A DNA stretch of 47,121 nucleotides from Fibrobacteria bacterium (GCA_043732185.1 JAYTHY010000001.1:1-47121); one strand, 5' to 3'; positions 29,327-39,014 are shown, numbered from the stretch's first letter. The notes: generated by a model from the letters alone, not told the origin. Numbers and translations are program-made.

Positions 29327-29450
29327 AAGCTTGCCTGGAAATGGGTCTGGGCCAAAGTAATAAAAACGCCCCACACTAACCATCTTGCTTTACCGCTTGC
29401 GGCCGGTTGGTTTATTACTTTATAGTACAGAGGTGAGTAATACGATTCGC

Positions 29451-30632
29451 ATGTCCGATACCCAAAAAATTGAGCAACAAGGACAGGGCGTAGTCCACCA
29501 CGACTATCGTAGCGGACTAAGCGATATGCTGCTTGAAGCGGGCAAGTCCATGGTACGCAACCCTGAAGCCCGACACAAGTTGCTTTCCACTTTCGCCGCC
29601 GTGGCCAACAGTATTCCCATTGGACGAACGCCCAGTTTTGAACTGGAAAAAACCATTCGATTTTACGATCGAAGCATGCCCATCACAGTAGCCAGTCCCA
29701 TTATGCTGGCAGCCGGCGGCAACAAGTCCGCTGAGCGATTAGCCGCCTTCAGCGCACTGGGATTCGGGGCCGTAACCGTGGGATCGGCAACCAGCGGACA
29801 TCGAGAAGGCAATGAATTCAGGCCGCGCATACGCATGCTACCGCTCGACCGGGCCATGACCAATTCCATGGGTCTCAATAATCCAGGTATTGAGGTGATC
29901 GCCCACGAAGTGGACAAAGCCCTGGGACATTGCCACAAACGGAAACTCGCCTTGGGCATCAGCGTCGCAGACACACCCGGAATGGAAGATCCCGATCAAA
30001 AAATCGCTGACGTGATGTCAACCTTTCGCAGAGCCTACCGCGCCGCCGACTATATCGAACTCAATGTAAGCTGTCCCAACACCGGTCTCGATCGGATGGA
30101 CAGAGATGAAACTTTTTTGGCCGATCTCCTCCATGAGATCATGGAAGCCCGTAAAGGCCTCGCTCCAAAGAAAGCCGTCTTCGTAAAAATATCGCCGGAC
30201 ATGAACGCCCGATCACTAGACAACAATTTGCAAATCATCGCCGATGCCGGGGTAACCGGTTTGGTACTGTTCAATACCTTCCCAGGCGAAAAGGCGCGTT
30301 ACTTGCGCATGCAATCGCCGGAGTCGGATATCGGTCCCGTGACTGGCACAGGTGGCAAGGGCGGACTGTCCGGACGCATTCTATACAAGAACACTTTACC
30401 CGCTGTTCAATATATCCGAAAGCAATTGCCCAAGCTCACGCTTTTCGCCAGTGGCGGTATCGACCATGGTAGCAAAGTCATGGACTTGTTGGATGCCGGC
30501 GCTGAAGCCGTTCAATGCTATACTGTTCTCGCTTATCGATGGAACGCCATTCGGAAGATGAACCGTGAATTGCTAGTCGCCATGCACGCCCGGGGCATCC
30601 ATTCCCTGGACGGCTATGCGCCTGTCGCTTAA
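29451..30632 (+). CDS. pyrD: Dihydroorotate dehydrogenase (class 2-like)
   Basis: SPIMLAAG, GFGAVTVGS, EGN..RPRI, NSMGLNNPG, ELNVSCPNT, VKISPD, GGLSG, SGGI, AGAEAVQCYT. Confidence 0.85.
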   Translation: MSDTQKIEQQGQGVVHHDYRSGLSDMLLEAGKSMVRNPEARHKLLSTFAAVANSIPIGRTPSFELEKTIRFYDRSMPITVASPIMLAAGGNKSAERLAAFSALGFGAVTVGSATSGHREGNEFRPRIRMLPLDRAMTNSMGLNNPGIEVIAHEVDKALGHCHKRKLALGISVADTPGMEDPDQKIADVMSTFRRAYRAADYIELNVSCPNTGLDRMDRDETFLADLLHEIMEARKGLAPKKAVFVKISPDMNARSLDNNLQIIADAGVTGLVLFNTFPGEKARYLRMQSPESDIGPVTGTGGKGGLSGRILYKNTLPAVQYIRKQLPKLTLFASGGIDHGSKVMDLLDAGAEAVQCYTVLAYRWNAIRKMNRELLVAMHARGIHSLDGYAPVA

Positions 30633-31254
30633 AGCGCGAACCCGCCTACCACGCTCTCCTACAATTTCCATTCGCGGTGGATGCCTCTCTGTAATTGCCG
30701 TCACAGTGTTTTTTTTATTCCCCATCCGGGCAGATGAACCGGATATCAATCTCGATGGCACCCCCGCGGTTGCGGCCAGAAAGTCCGTAGTTTTGGAAGT
30801 GTCGGGCAATTATTCCATCGGCAACGGGATGGGCTGGCAGCCGCAACTTGGCGGTTACCTAGACCTGGGCCAGTCATGGCAGGCCGGAATCCACGCCCGC
30901 TTGGCCACCATGGATGCCAAGGATGTCTACGACTACCTTCCGGAAATAAGCCTGGATCTCCGCAAAATGTGGCTCGGGGACGAAGGCCCTGACCCCGTCC
31001 GCAACTCGGAATATTTTTCCATGTCTCTAGGCGGCGTAATGGCTTATGAATTCAGTGGAGAAAGAATTGGCCCGCGACCCCTGGCAGCCGTAGCCTTTGG
31101 CAAGTACTGGATGCCTTTCGACAATCAACCCTTTGGCCTTGATATATCTCTGGAGCTCTCACGGTTGCTCTCCGGCCATATTCGCGACCACACCAATCTG
31201 ATGTTCCTGACCACCGGAGTGGCGCTGTTTTATGTCTTACCCAGGCCGTTCTAA
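30616..31254 (+). CDS. Hypothetical exported protein, possibly a small beta-barrel
   Basis: Basic N-terminus plus hydrophobic signal-like segment; Gly/aromatic-rich alternating strands; fills the gap between pyrD and gdhA. Start uncertain. Confidence 0.5.
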   Translation: MRLSLKARTRLPRSPTISIRGGCLSVIAVTVFFLFPIRADEPDINLDGTPAVAARKSVVLEVSGNYSIGNGMGWQPQLGGYLDLGQSWQAGIHARLATMDAKDVYDYLPEISLDLRKMWLGDEGPDPVRNSEYFSMSLGGVMAYEFSGERIGPRPLAAVAFGKYWMPFDNQPFGLDISLELSRLLSGHIRDHTNLMFLTTGVALFYVLPRPF

Positions 31255-31292
31255 ATCTCTGACCAGTAGCAAATGATTCGTGTTCGCGCGAA

Positions 31293-32549
31293 TCAATGCC
31301 CTCGGGCCACAGCAGCTTGATAAACCCTGTCCACGCCCACTGCAAAAGCAGCATCCCGGTAATTGATGTTGTGCTTTTTTGCCGCTTGAGTCACCGACAA
31401 TAACGCCGCAGAGAGAAACTTGTCCAACTCCAGCTTGCTTTCGGCGTGTTCCCAGTGGTGCATTTGGATATTCTGTGCCCATTCGAAATAGGAACCCACT
31501 ACGCCGCCGGCATTGGCTAAAATATCCGGTACGATGATCACACCTGCCTTATTCAAATACTCATCGGCTTCGGGACTGATAGGCCCGTTGGCACCTTCGA
31601 TAATATATCGGGCTTTGATCTTCTGCATATTACCGGCATGAATCACATGGCCTAGAGCCGCCGGGACCAGAATATCGCAGTCCAAGCCCATGATTTCCAG
31701 AGAGTCGCGGGTGGCGAATTCACCTTGGGCAAACCCTGATAATGTGCGATGCGTTTCCATATGGATCATGAGTTTTTCCACATCCAAACCTTTGGGATCG
31801 AATACAACACCGGAAAAATCGCTGACGGCAATCACTTTGGCGCTCATGCGGTGAAGATGCAAAGCAGCAAAACTGCCGACATTGCCAAAGCCTTGCACCG
31901 CCACGGTCTTACCACTTAAAAATTCTTTGCGGTCCTCTAAAACTCTGCGAGTGATCATAGCCACGCCCAATCCGGTGGCGTCCAGACGATCCGGCGTGCC
32001 TTCCAAAGTTACCGGTTTGCCAGTGACTATGGCAGGACTGTACCCGCTGATCTGTCCATAGGCATCCATCATCCAGCCCATGGTCTTGGGATTTGTGCCC
32101 ATGTCCGGTGCCATGATATCTTTGTAGGGGCCGATCATATTTTTGATGCTGATGACGAAACGGCGCGTGAGAGCTTGTAATTCCCGTTCACTTAACATAG
32201 CCGGATCCACACAAATTCCACCCTTGGCTCCGCCAAATGGAATATTGACGAGCGCACATTTCCAGGTCATCAGGGACGCCAACGCTTTGACTTCATCCAA
32301 GTCCACCTCGGGATGATACCGCACGCCACCTTTGTAGGGACCCCGCACGCCATTATGCTGCACCCGGTACCCTTCGAAAACTTGCATACTGCCTTTATCA
32401 TCGATGATGGGTAAAGAAACTTTGGTCTCGCGCCAGCAGGTGGTCAAAAGCCGGCGATAGTTTTCCTTTATCCCTAACAGGTCTGAAGCGCGATTAACGC
32501 GATTGTTGACGGCGCCGAAGGGGGTTAGCACTGGAGAGGGCTGAATCAT
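31293..32549 (-). CDS. gdhA: Glu/Leu/Phe/Val dehydrogenase, probably glutamate dehydrogenase
   Basis: GYRVQHN..RGPYKGGVRYHP, MTWKCA, PFGGAKGG, APDMGT, VTGKP, QGFGNVG, EGANGP, PDILANAGGVVGSYFEW. Confidence 0.93.
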   Translation of the reverse strand: MIQPSPVLTPFGAVNNRVNRASDLLGIKENYRRLLTTCWRETKVSLPIIDDKGSMQVFEGYRVQHNGVRGPYKGGVRYHPEVDLDEVKALASLMTWKCALVNIPFGGAKGGICVDPAMLSERELQALTRRFVISIKNMIGPYKDIMAPDMGTNPKTMGWMMDAYGQISGYSPAIVTGKPVTLEGTPDRLDATGLGVAMITRRVLEDRKEFLSGKTVAVQGFGNVGSFAALHLHRMSAKVIAVSDFSGVVFDPKGLDVEKLMIHMETHRTLSGFAQGEFATRDSLEIMGLDCDILVPAALGHVIHAGNMQKIKARYIIEGANGPISPEADEYLNKAGVIIVPDILANAGGVVGSYFEWAQNIQMHHWEHAESKLELDKFLSAALLSVTQAAKKHNINYRDAAFAVGVDRVYQAAVARGH

Positions 32550-32656
32550 GGTAGGTTCCTTTATCAATGCGTTCCCACTGAACGCTTATTTACTGTATGG
32601 CCTGGGCATCTTCATTATACACCCACTCGGTGTCCACCGTCGATATTTGTGATTAT

Positions 32657-33502
32657 TTAGAATTTAGAGGCATTGATTTGGAATTCTGAATCCATAAATT
32701 TTCTGGCCAAAGGACTGAGTACTTGGCGTTCTTTCTTCAAATAGGCTTGTGCAGTTGAATCCCGATTGCCCAAGGCTAGCAACATCCATTCAAGCCGTTC
32801 GACCTGGTCCATTTTTGTAGGACGGTATTTGGCTAGGGCACTCCAGTTTCCTCCAGAAGCCGAGTCCAAAAGTTTACGCGCCAGTTGCCGGTTGTAAAGC
32901 ATTCCGTCCTTTAGAACCGCGACAAGCCTTTGCCAATCCTTGACGCCTTTGTGCCGACTTAAGGCCCAGAGATTCTCCTGTCTTTCCAAGCCAGTGGTTG
33001 TTTCAATCCGTTGTAGCAATCCGGAATCATCTAGTGGATTCGGATACATTCCCAGGCTACGCACCGCCGCCTTGCGCACATCCTCACTGTCGGCCCCTAA
33101 ATACAACCGCGCCACGTTCAAGAATGTGCTGTCAGCGAGTTCTGATCCAATATGCAGCAACTGTGCTTTCAAACTATCCGGAACCGTGGAAAGTGCCGAG
33201 GCTAATTTCTGTCTGGCCAAAGCATGGCGACCTGAATCCGATCTCGTGATGAAGAGGTGTTCGACATAATGGTGTTGGCGCGGTGTTTGTCCACTCAACC
33301 TGGATGCGATCAGATAATCTGGTACGCTTGCGTCCCCTACCAGCAGCTTTTCACACGAATCGCGGGCTGTCTTGAAGCGAGGCTCCCCGGTGGCGGCAAT
33401 AATAAAAAGAGAATCCATGCGGGTTAGGTGTGGCACGGCACTGATTGTCGGCATGGCCCATATCAATACACCCACCAGCATCCAACCTAACGGTCGCGTC
33501 AT
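32657..33502 (-). CDS. Exported HEAT/armadillo-repeat protein
   Basis: Signal-like N-terminus from ATG 33502 (MTRPLGWMLVGVLIW); HEAT-like DSEDVRKAAVRSLG and LKDGMLYNRQLARKLL. Confidence 0.65.
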   Translation of the reverse strand: MTRPLGWMLVGVLIWAMPTISAVPHLTRMDSLFIIAATGEPRFKTARDSCEKLLVGDASVPDYLIASRLSGQTPRQHHYVEHLFITRSDSGRHALARQKLASALSTVPDSLKAQLLHIGSELADSTFLNVARLYLGADSEDVRKAAVRSLGMYPNPLDDSGLLQRIETTTGLERQENLWALSRHKGVKDWQRLVAVLKDGMLYNRQLARKLLDSASGGNWSALAKYRPTKMDQVERLEWMLLALGNRDSTAQAYLKKERQVLSPLARKFMDSEFQINASKF

Positions 33503-33539
33503 GAGCTCACTGGAATTGGTTCCGGGCGAAACAACAAAA

Positions 33540-35366
33540 TTATTTGTCCAAGCCATAACCATTTCCCTTGGTCTTGCCATTGAATACCCGCCAGGCAGTA
33601 CCATCCCCCGTTGACCGCCGGTACCTATCCATACCACCGCCGTCCAAAAAGAAACCGAAGCTGCCGCGATCACGGCGCATGTCGGCATGACCCAAAGTCA
33701 TGTCTAAATTGATGGACTCGTAGATATCATTTCCCAAGGCATCCTGGAGTATCCCTAAGCCATTGGCGCTGCCTGCGCCCTGACTCATATCCGTGGCCAA
33801 ATAAGTGTCGTTGCCGATTCGATCATAAAGCAAACCAAATCCCAAATCATGACCACAACCTTGACTCACGCCTTTGGACGCATACCGATCATTTCCACCT
33901 AAATCCAGCAATGCACCCACTGCGATATGCACTCCGGCTCCTTGCGCATACTGATAAGCCGAAAACGAATCGTCTCCGGATTCGTCTATCAATAATCCCA
34001 ATGCGTACCAATAAGCAGATCCTTGTCCGAAAATATCGGCGATATAAGTGTCATTACCCGCTCCGTCCCGAAGCAAGCCAATTCCCCCCGCATAATCCGG
34101 AGTGAAGCCTGACGCAAATCCTTGCATCATATGAATATTGTGATCCGTGTAGCGCAAGTCATCTTTAAAAGTTGGGCGCGCCAGGTACTGATCGTTTCCA
34201 TTCCTATCCAGCAGCAGCCCTATCCCCTTGGTGGAGCCGACGCCCTGAGACATCAGACTTGCGGAATAAACATCATTGCCGGCTTGATCTTCAACAATGC
34301 CTAGACCGAAGAATCCAAAACCAAGGGAAGCGCAGCGGCCTTCGTAGGTATCATGACCGGCCAAATCGAACAAAGAAGCATAGCCGAACAAAGTCGATCC
34401 GAATGCAAAATTAGCACCCAGATACCGATCATTGCCCTTAAGATCCGCAATGAGTTCGATGCCCATATTTCCTGCCGAACGGGAGAGGCTGTCTTTGGAA
34501 ATATAAAGATCGTTACCGCCCAAATCTACGATTAGTAAAAATGCGCCTGGCTCACCGACGCCCTTCAAGTGATATTCATCGTCGCCGCCTGGATCGATCC
34601 AAATTCCTCTATCTGCTTGGTGACGATCTGGGCCTAGACTCCCTTGATGAATAGGGAAATCCTGGTTTCCAACTGTCGCCCGCTTTAGCTTGGCAACGGT
34701 TGCCTCTACCCCAATGATTTGCACGGAACGGAGGATCCAAACTTCAAGCTGCCACGCTGCGGAAGCCGCTTCAACTAATCCGGGCCACTGCAGCCGCCCA
34801 GCCAACTCCATCAAACGATGAATGCGGGCCTCATTTTCCAGGCGACGTAACTCACCTTCAATGGGGCTCAGTGCCGTGTCTTCCTCTTCTTGCAAAAATA
34901 GGCCGGACGCCTCCTGATACAGAACTTTCTTTTCCGAGTCGTTGAGGTTGGCTGTATGCGCTCGGAGTCCTTTCTGAATGGTTTGAATCAACTTTTGGGG
35001 CTGCAATTGGGCTATGTCTTGACTAGACACAGAAGGGTTCGAGCCAGTAGGGACATCGATTAAGGCCCATATGGAATCCGGTGCTAGTGGCAGCTGCATA
35101 GCTGTGGATGGACTCGTGCGAACAAGAATGTCTGCAGCCACCGAATCCAAAAGTAAGGGTTGGTGCAAAACTTTTTCTACCCGGGACAATTGAAAAGCTG
35201 GCGCTTTAGATCCGGGTGGATATAAATTGATGTCTTGCGGAAATACGCCGTTGGGCTCCATCAAATAAGCGCGCACAGAATCCAATTCCAACACTCCGCC
35301 AAATGCGATAACGGACACCATTGCCAGAATAGCGGCTACTTTGCTGACGACGAAACGCTTTCTCAA
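33540..35366 (-). CDS. Exported protein with 12 Gly-rich DxxGxDxY repeats
   Basis: Signal peptide; repeats DPGGDDEY, DLGGNDLY, DLKGNDRY, DLAGHDTY, DQAGNDVY, DRNGNDQY, DGAGNDTY, DESGDDSF, DLGGNDRY, DRIGNDTY, DALGNDIY, DGGGMDRY. Confidence 0.8.
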   Translation of the reverse strand: MRKRFVVSKVAAILAMVSVIAFGGVLELDSVRAYLMEPNGVFPQDINLYPPGSKAPAFQLSRVEKVLHQPLLLDSVAADILVRTSPSTAMQLPLAPDSIWALIDVPTGSNPSVSSQDIAQLQPQKLIQTIQKGLRAHTANLNDSEKKVLYQEASGLFLQEEEDTALSPIEGELRRLENEARIHRLMELAGRLQWPGLVEAASAAWQLEVWILRSVQIIGVEATVAKLKRATVGNQDFPIHQGSLGPDRHQADRGIWIDPGGDDEYHLKGVGEPGAFLLIVDLGGNDLYISKDSLSRSAGNMGIELIADLKGNDRYLGANFAFGSTLFGYASLFDLAGHDTYEGRCASLGFGFFGLGIVEDQAGNDVYSASLMSQGVGSTKGIGLLLDRNGNDQYLARPTFKDDLRYTDHNIHMMQGFASGFTPDYAGGIGLLRDGAGNDTYIADIFGQGSAYWYALGLLIDESGDDSFSAYQYAQGAGVHIAVGALLDLGGNDRYASKGVSQGCGHDLGFGLLYDRIGNDTYLATDMSQGAGSANGLGILQDALGNDIYESINLDMTLGHADMRRDRGSFGFFLDGGGMDRYRRSTGDGTAWRVFNGKTKGNGYGLDK

Positions 35367-35384
35367 AGCAACCTCAAGTCAACC

Positions 35385-36632
35385 TCATAAGTCCAATTGC
35401 TGTCGCAGCAAAGTTACATCCACGCCTTTTTTCACCATGTCTTTAAGCAGAAGTTGGAGTCGCCTGCGGCCCCAATCATGCGTGCTGGCTTGGATAGGCG
35501 TTTGTGCGTTCAATGCACCCAGAGCTGTATGGATCCACATATCTTGAGATTCGGAGCTTGGGCCTGGTAAAACTTCTTGCAATTCTTCACTGTGCGAAAG
35601 AGCCGAGCCCAAGCGATCTGTTAGCCAATTTCTTACGTAGGAATGGAATCCCGAATCGTAGAGAGTAACTTTCAGTTTTTCTCCTTCCGGCTCAAGACGT
35701 GCCAAGCGTAAGGCGCGATGCTTGACATCCCAAATCCCAACGCCCACCGGCACCGCATCCACCGTAGCCTCTAACGCTCTGAGCAAAGCTTCCCGACTTT
35801 GAATGTCCAAAGTAAATGGCGCATTTGCCGCAGTGGTACTGCTCGGTCTACCTGCTTTCGCATCGTAAACCTCGGCGCGCCAAATCCCTAAAAAAAGTGC
35901 GCCGTGCCTACGCCATTCTTCGCAATGGACATCGGGCCTTAATGTCACCGAATTCTTTACTCCAAGTTCTCGACAACCCGCTCTAAATAGCGCGTCCAAC
36001 CGCGACGCAGAGGAGTCGGCTCCGAGGGCAAGACTTGCATGTCCACATAATTCAAGTCCACGAAAAGGCAATATCCGGGTTAGCAATCCTGAGCCCACTT
36101 CAGGAATGCGACCCGCATGGTGAACGGTATGAATTTTATTGTTTCCCAAATTGAGCAACTTGGCAGTTTTGGCGTTGCGGCTTTGGACGCGATAGAACCA
36201 CAGCGGTGCATAGGACCATTGCATCAAATCATGGGCGAGGCGCAAATCTTTGCTTTCGATTTCTCGTGCGGTTCTCAAAATGGGCCGCGCATCCGAATAT
36301 TGCACAAAATAATCCCAGAAAAAATTCTCAATCACGGAACGACCGTATTCGGGATCGTCCATCAGTTTTTCATGGGGATAATCCTCTTGAGCCAGCTTTT
36401 CCCAATAGGCCTGATAGATAGCGCGAAGTGGGAAAAGAGCCATGGACAGTTCGTGCAAAGTGTGACGAAAGGCGTGGTGAAGTTCTTTTTCTCCTTCCCT
36501 GACCACCAGCGAATTGCTTTTACTGCGCCCGGCCCTGTGGCCCTGCCAAGGATCGGCAAAATGCCCACAGCAATCCAGATACGGAATCGTGTTTCCGCAA
36601 ATGCAGGAATTTCTTAACTTACTTGCGTCCAT
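35385..36632 (-). CDS. SEC-C zinc-motif protein with a C-terminal DUF2384/Xre-MbcA-ParS-like segment
   Basis: N-terminal RNSCICGNTIPYLDCC (SEC-C CxC-x8-CC); C-terminal WIHTALGALNAQTPIQAS...GRRRLQLLL. Confidence 0.6.
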   Translation of the reverse strand: MDASKLRNSCICGNTIPYLDCCGHFADPWQGHRAGRSKSNSLVVREGEKELHHAFRHTLHELSMALFPLRAIYQAYWEKLAQEDYPHEKLMDDPEYGRSVIENFFWDYFVQYSDARPILRTAREIESKDLRLAHDLMQWSYAPLWFYRVQSRNAKTAKLLNLGNNKIHTVHHAGRIPEVGSGLLTRILPFRGLELCGHASLALGADSSASRLDALFRAGCRELGVKNSVTLRPDVHCEEWRRHGALFLGIWRAEVYDAKAGRPSSTTAANAPFTLDIQSREALLRALEATVDAVPVGVGIWDVKHRALRLARLEPEGEKLKVTLYDSGFHSYVRNWLTDRLGSALSHSEELQEVLPGPSSESQDMWIHTALGALNAQTPIQASTHDWGRRRLQLLLKDMVKKGVDVTLLRQQLDL

Positions 36633-36705
36633 GCCAGCCAGCCATTATTCGGAACCATCGGATCTTGGCCCTTCACTCTTAATTTAGCTAAACGGACAGG
36701 CAGCC

Positions 36706-37563
36706 ATGAAAATCGGAATATTCGACTCCGGATTCGGTGGTCTGACCATCTTCAAAAGCATCCGTGCCCTGCTCCCCCAATACGATTATCTCTATTTGGG
36801 AGACAACGCCCGCACACCGTATGGCAATCGCTCCTTTGAAGCCATTTTCAGTTTCAGCAAACAATGCTTGGATATTCTTTTTGCCAGGGATTGCAGCCTG
36901 GTGATCATCGCATGCAATACGGCTTCAGCCAAGGCTTTGCGCACTATTCAGCAAAAAGTCCTGCCTGTAGAATACCCCAACCGAAAAGTATTAGGTATCA
37001 TTCGCCCATCGGCGGAAGCCCTGGCGGATTTAAGTTCGATAACCGCTTCATCCAACCAAAGAAACTTCAATCCCGGAATCCGCAATGTGGCCTTGTGGGC
37101 CACAGAAGGCACCGTCAAATCGGAAAGTTTTCCTTTGGAAATGGCCAAGTTAGCCCCGGGCTTAAACCTTATTCAGAATGCTTGTCCAATGCTGGTGCCC
37201 TTGGTAGAAGCAGGTGAGCTGGATGGCGCCGGTATCGATTATTTCCTGCGTAAGTACTGGCAAGAGACTGTGGCCCGATGTCCAAACGGAGACATCGACG
37301 CGTTACTGCTGGCCTGCACACATTATCCCATTTTGCTCCCCAAAATTCGCGACCTGTTGCCGCCCCATGTACAGATACTGGTGCAAGGAGAGATTGTCGC
37401 ACAAAGCTTATGGGACTATTTGCGTCGACATCCAGAGGTGGAATCCACTTTAAACCATGGCGGCCAGCAACACTTCCTGACCACGGATCAAACCGCAGGG
37501 TTTGATCGCCTCGCCAAGGTATTTTTAGGGCATTCCGTAGTGTCGGAAAAGGTTGAAATTTAA
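36706..37563 (+). CDS. murI: Glutamate racemase
   Basis: IGIFDSGFGGLT, GDNARTPYG, IACNTAS, LACTHYP (both catalytic cysteines). Confidence 0.95.
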   Translation: MKIGIFDSGFGGLTIFKSIRALLPQYDYLYLGDNARTPYGNRSFEAIFSFSKQCLDILFARDCSLVIIACNTASAKALRTIQQKVLPVEYPNRKVLGIIRPSAEALADLSSITASSNQRNFNPGIRNVALWATEGTVKSESFPLEMAKLAPGLNLIQNACPMLVPLVEAGELDGAGIDYFLRKYWQETVARCPNGDIDALLLACTHYPILLPKIRDLLPPHVQILVQGEIVAQSLWDYLRRHPEVESTLNHGGQQHFLTTDQTAGFDRLAKVFLGHSVVSEKVEI

Positions 37564-37584
37564 ATTCTATTCAGGTAAATCCCG

Positions 37585-37613
37585 TTGACTCAGAACAGGG
37601 ATTCCAGTATATT
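37585..37613 (+). promoter_or_regulatory. Sigma70-type promoter for the 37640 gene
   Basis: TTGACT (37585-37590), 17 bp spacer, TATATT (37608-37613), followed by a GGAAGG RBS-like sequence before ATG 37640. Confidence 0.65.
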
Positions 37614-37639
37614 GACCTGTTGACGGAAGGGCCAAAAAA

Positions 37640-38302
37640 ATGTTCAGTACCGGAAATTGGCAGGATTATCGAGGAAAAGGCGAAGGCGTTCTCATCCATC
37701 TGGACTGTTCAACCAAGCATCTATTGCCGGTTAGAGAGCCCGTTGACGAGTACAACCAGCCCATCACCGAGCCGAATTATGAAACAGGAAGCTACGGCTT
37801 TCTGCAATGCCATAATGCCAAAACGCGTTTGGCAACCATGAAAAATCGCCGCCGTTATTTTCTTTTCGGGACCCGATATCAAGGTTTAGCCGAAGCCCAT
37901 AAAGGGAATTTTCTCATCATCGGCTACATGCGTTTGGACAAGATTTTAGAGGTGCGAAAGCGCCATGTGCATAAATGGATGGAAGCGCAACAAGCCGGAG
38001 TTCCAGCCCCAGAATGCATGGACATGGACCTTTGTTATGCCTTTCAATCCGATGAAATGAACTTCTACGCACCCGATGACGCTTTTGAGCTCACCGAAGC
38101 CATCATGAAAAAGTGGGGCTATAAGGGCAAGGTCACCAAACAAATGAAGCTGACCTTTACCGAAGAAAAACTGCAGACCATCCTAACCCATTTTAAGGGC
38201 AAGACCCCTAAAAACCAGGACTATGTTGCCGCAGCCAAAGAGTTAGAAGAAGCCATGGCGCTTTCCAGTGAAAAAACTGTGCCTGACGAGGATGTTTGGT
38301 AG
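37640..38302 (+). CDS. Hypothetical soluble protein
   Basis: 220 aa ORF with promoter and RBS, filling the gap between murI and the receiver gene; no family confidently recognised. Confidence 0.75.
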   Translation: MFSTGNWQDYRGKGEGVLIHLDCSTKHLLPVREPVDEYNQPITEPNYETGSYGFLQCHNAKTRLATMKNRRRYFLFGTRYQGLAEAHKGNFLIIGYMRLDKILEVRKRHVHKWMEAQQAGVPAPECMDMDLCYAFQSDEMNFYAPDDAFELTEAIMKKWGYKGKVTKQMKLTFTEEKLQTILTHFKGKTPKNQDYVAAAKELEEAMALSSEKTVPDEDVW

Positions 38303-38326
38303 TGGGTGGATTCCAGTAACTGACTA

Positions 38327-38707
38327 TTAGCTTACGCCGATCTTTTTCAGCATTGCGTTGACGCGGTCCAGCAACTCCTGTTTTCCAAATGGCTTGGTGA
38401 TGTAATCTTCCGCCTTCATGACATGCAGGCCAACCATTAAATCCACAGACTTATTATTACTGGTTAAAAAGGCAATGGGAATCTTGGCTAACGTAGGTTG
38501 CTCCCGGATTTCCCGAAAGATGTCAAATCCATCCACGTTCGGCATCACGACATCCAAGAGAATGAGATCGGGAATCAATCCAAGCGCCGTGGCGACTGCG
38601 GATTCCGGTTCAGTTACCAACGTAACCTTGTGGTTCCCCAGCTCCAGCACCAGCTTGACTAAATCCGCTATATCGCGCTCGTCGTCCACGACCATAATAT
38701 TTGCCAT
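38327..38707 (-). CDS. Stand-alone response-regulator receiver domain
   Basis: IMVVDDE, PDLILLDVVMPNVDG (phospho-Asp), IAFLT, DYITKPF. Confidence 0.93.
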   Translation of the reverse strand: MANIMVVDDERDIADLVKLVLELGNHKVTLVTEPESAVATALGLIPDLILLDVVMPNVDGFDIFREIREQPTLAKIPIAFLTSNNKSVDLMVGLHVMKAEDYITKPFGKQELLDRVNAMLKKIGVS

Positions 38708-38709
38708 AG

Positions 38710-39009
38710 CTATCCCCTTGCCAGTTCACGCGGGAGCCAATCCCAATAGAAATAGGTTATCGCGCACCCCAAAACCAAGCCGATCAAATCCAAGGCCATG
38801 GCAGCTGCGGCCATATAAGTAAGATCCAAACCCAGTAAACTGAGAACCATTGAAAGCGACATCAGCATGCTCGCAACATAGAAAAGCTTGTACAGTGGCC
38901 GCTTTTTTCTGGCCGCGCCGAAAATTTTGCTCAAGGATGCAATGACCAGAAAGGTCACAATAAAAGTGAGGTGTAAAATGACAATGGTAAGCGCGGAGAG
39001 GGATACCAT
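38710..39009 (-). CDS. Small 3-TM membrane protein
   Basis: 99 aa from ATG 39009; three hydrophobic segments, basic loop RKKRPLYK, C-terminal YFYWDWL; 5 bp and 2 bp gaps to neighbours. Confidence 0.7.
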   Translation of the reverse strand: MVSLSALTIVILHLTFIVTFLVIASLSKIFGAARKKRPLYKLFYVASMLMSLSMVLSLLGLDLTYMAAAAMALDLIGLVLGCAITYFYWDWLPRELARG

Positions 39010-39014
39010 GGGGT

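Noticed and set aside
28732..29450. FMN riboswitch upstream of the rib operon
   Set aside because: ribD starts 4 bp after the nfu stop, and the 124-bp region upstream of nfu shows no FMN aptamer motifs.
33540..34600. CRISPR array or RTX toxin from the periodic repeats
   Set aside because: The periodicity is at the protein level with degenerate codons. The unit is about 26 aa rather than the RTX nonapeptide, the protein has a Sec-type signal peptide, and no T1SS genes are nearby.
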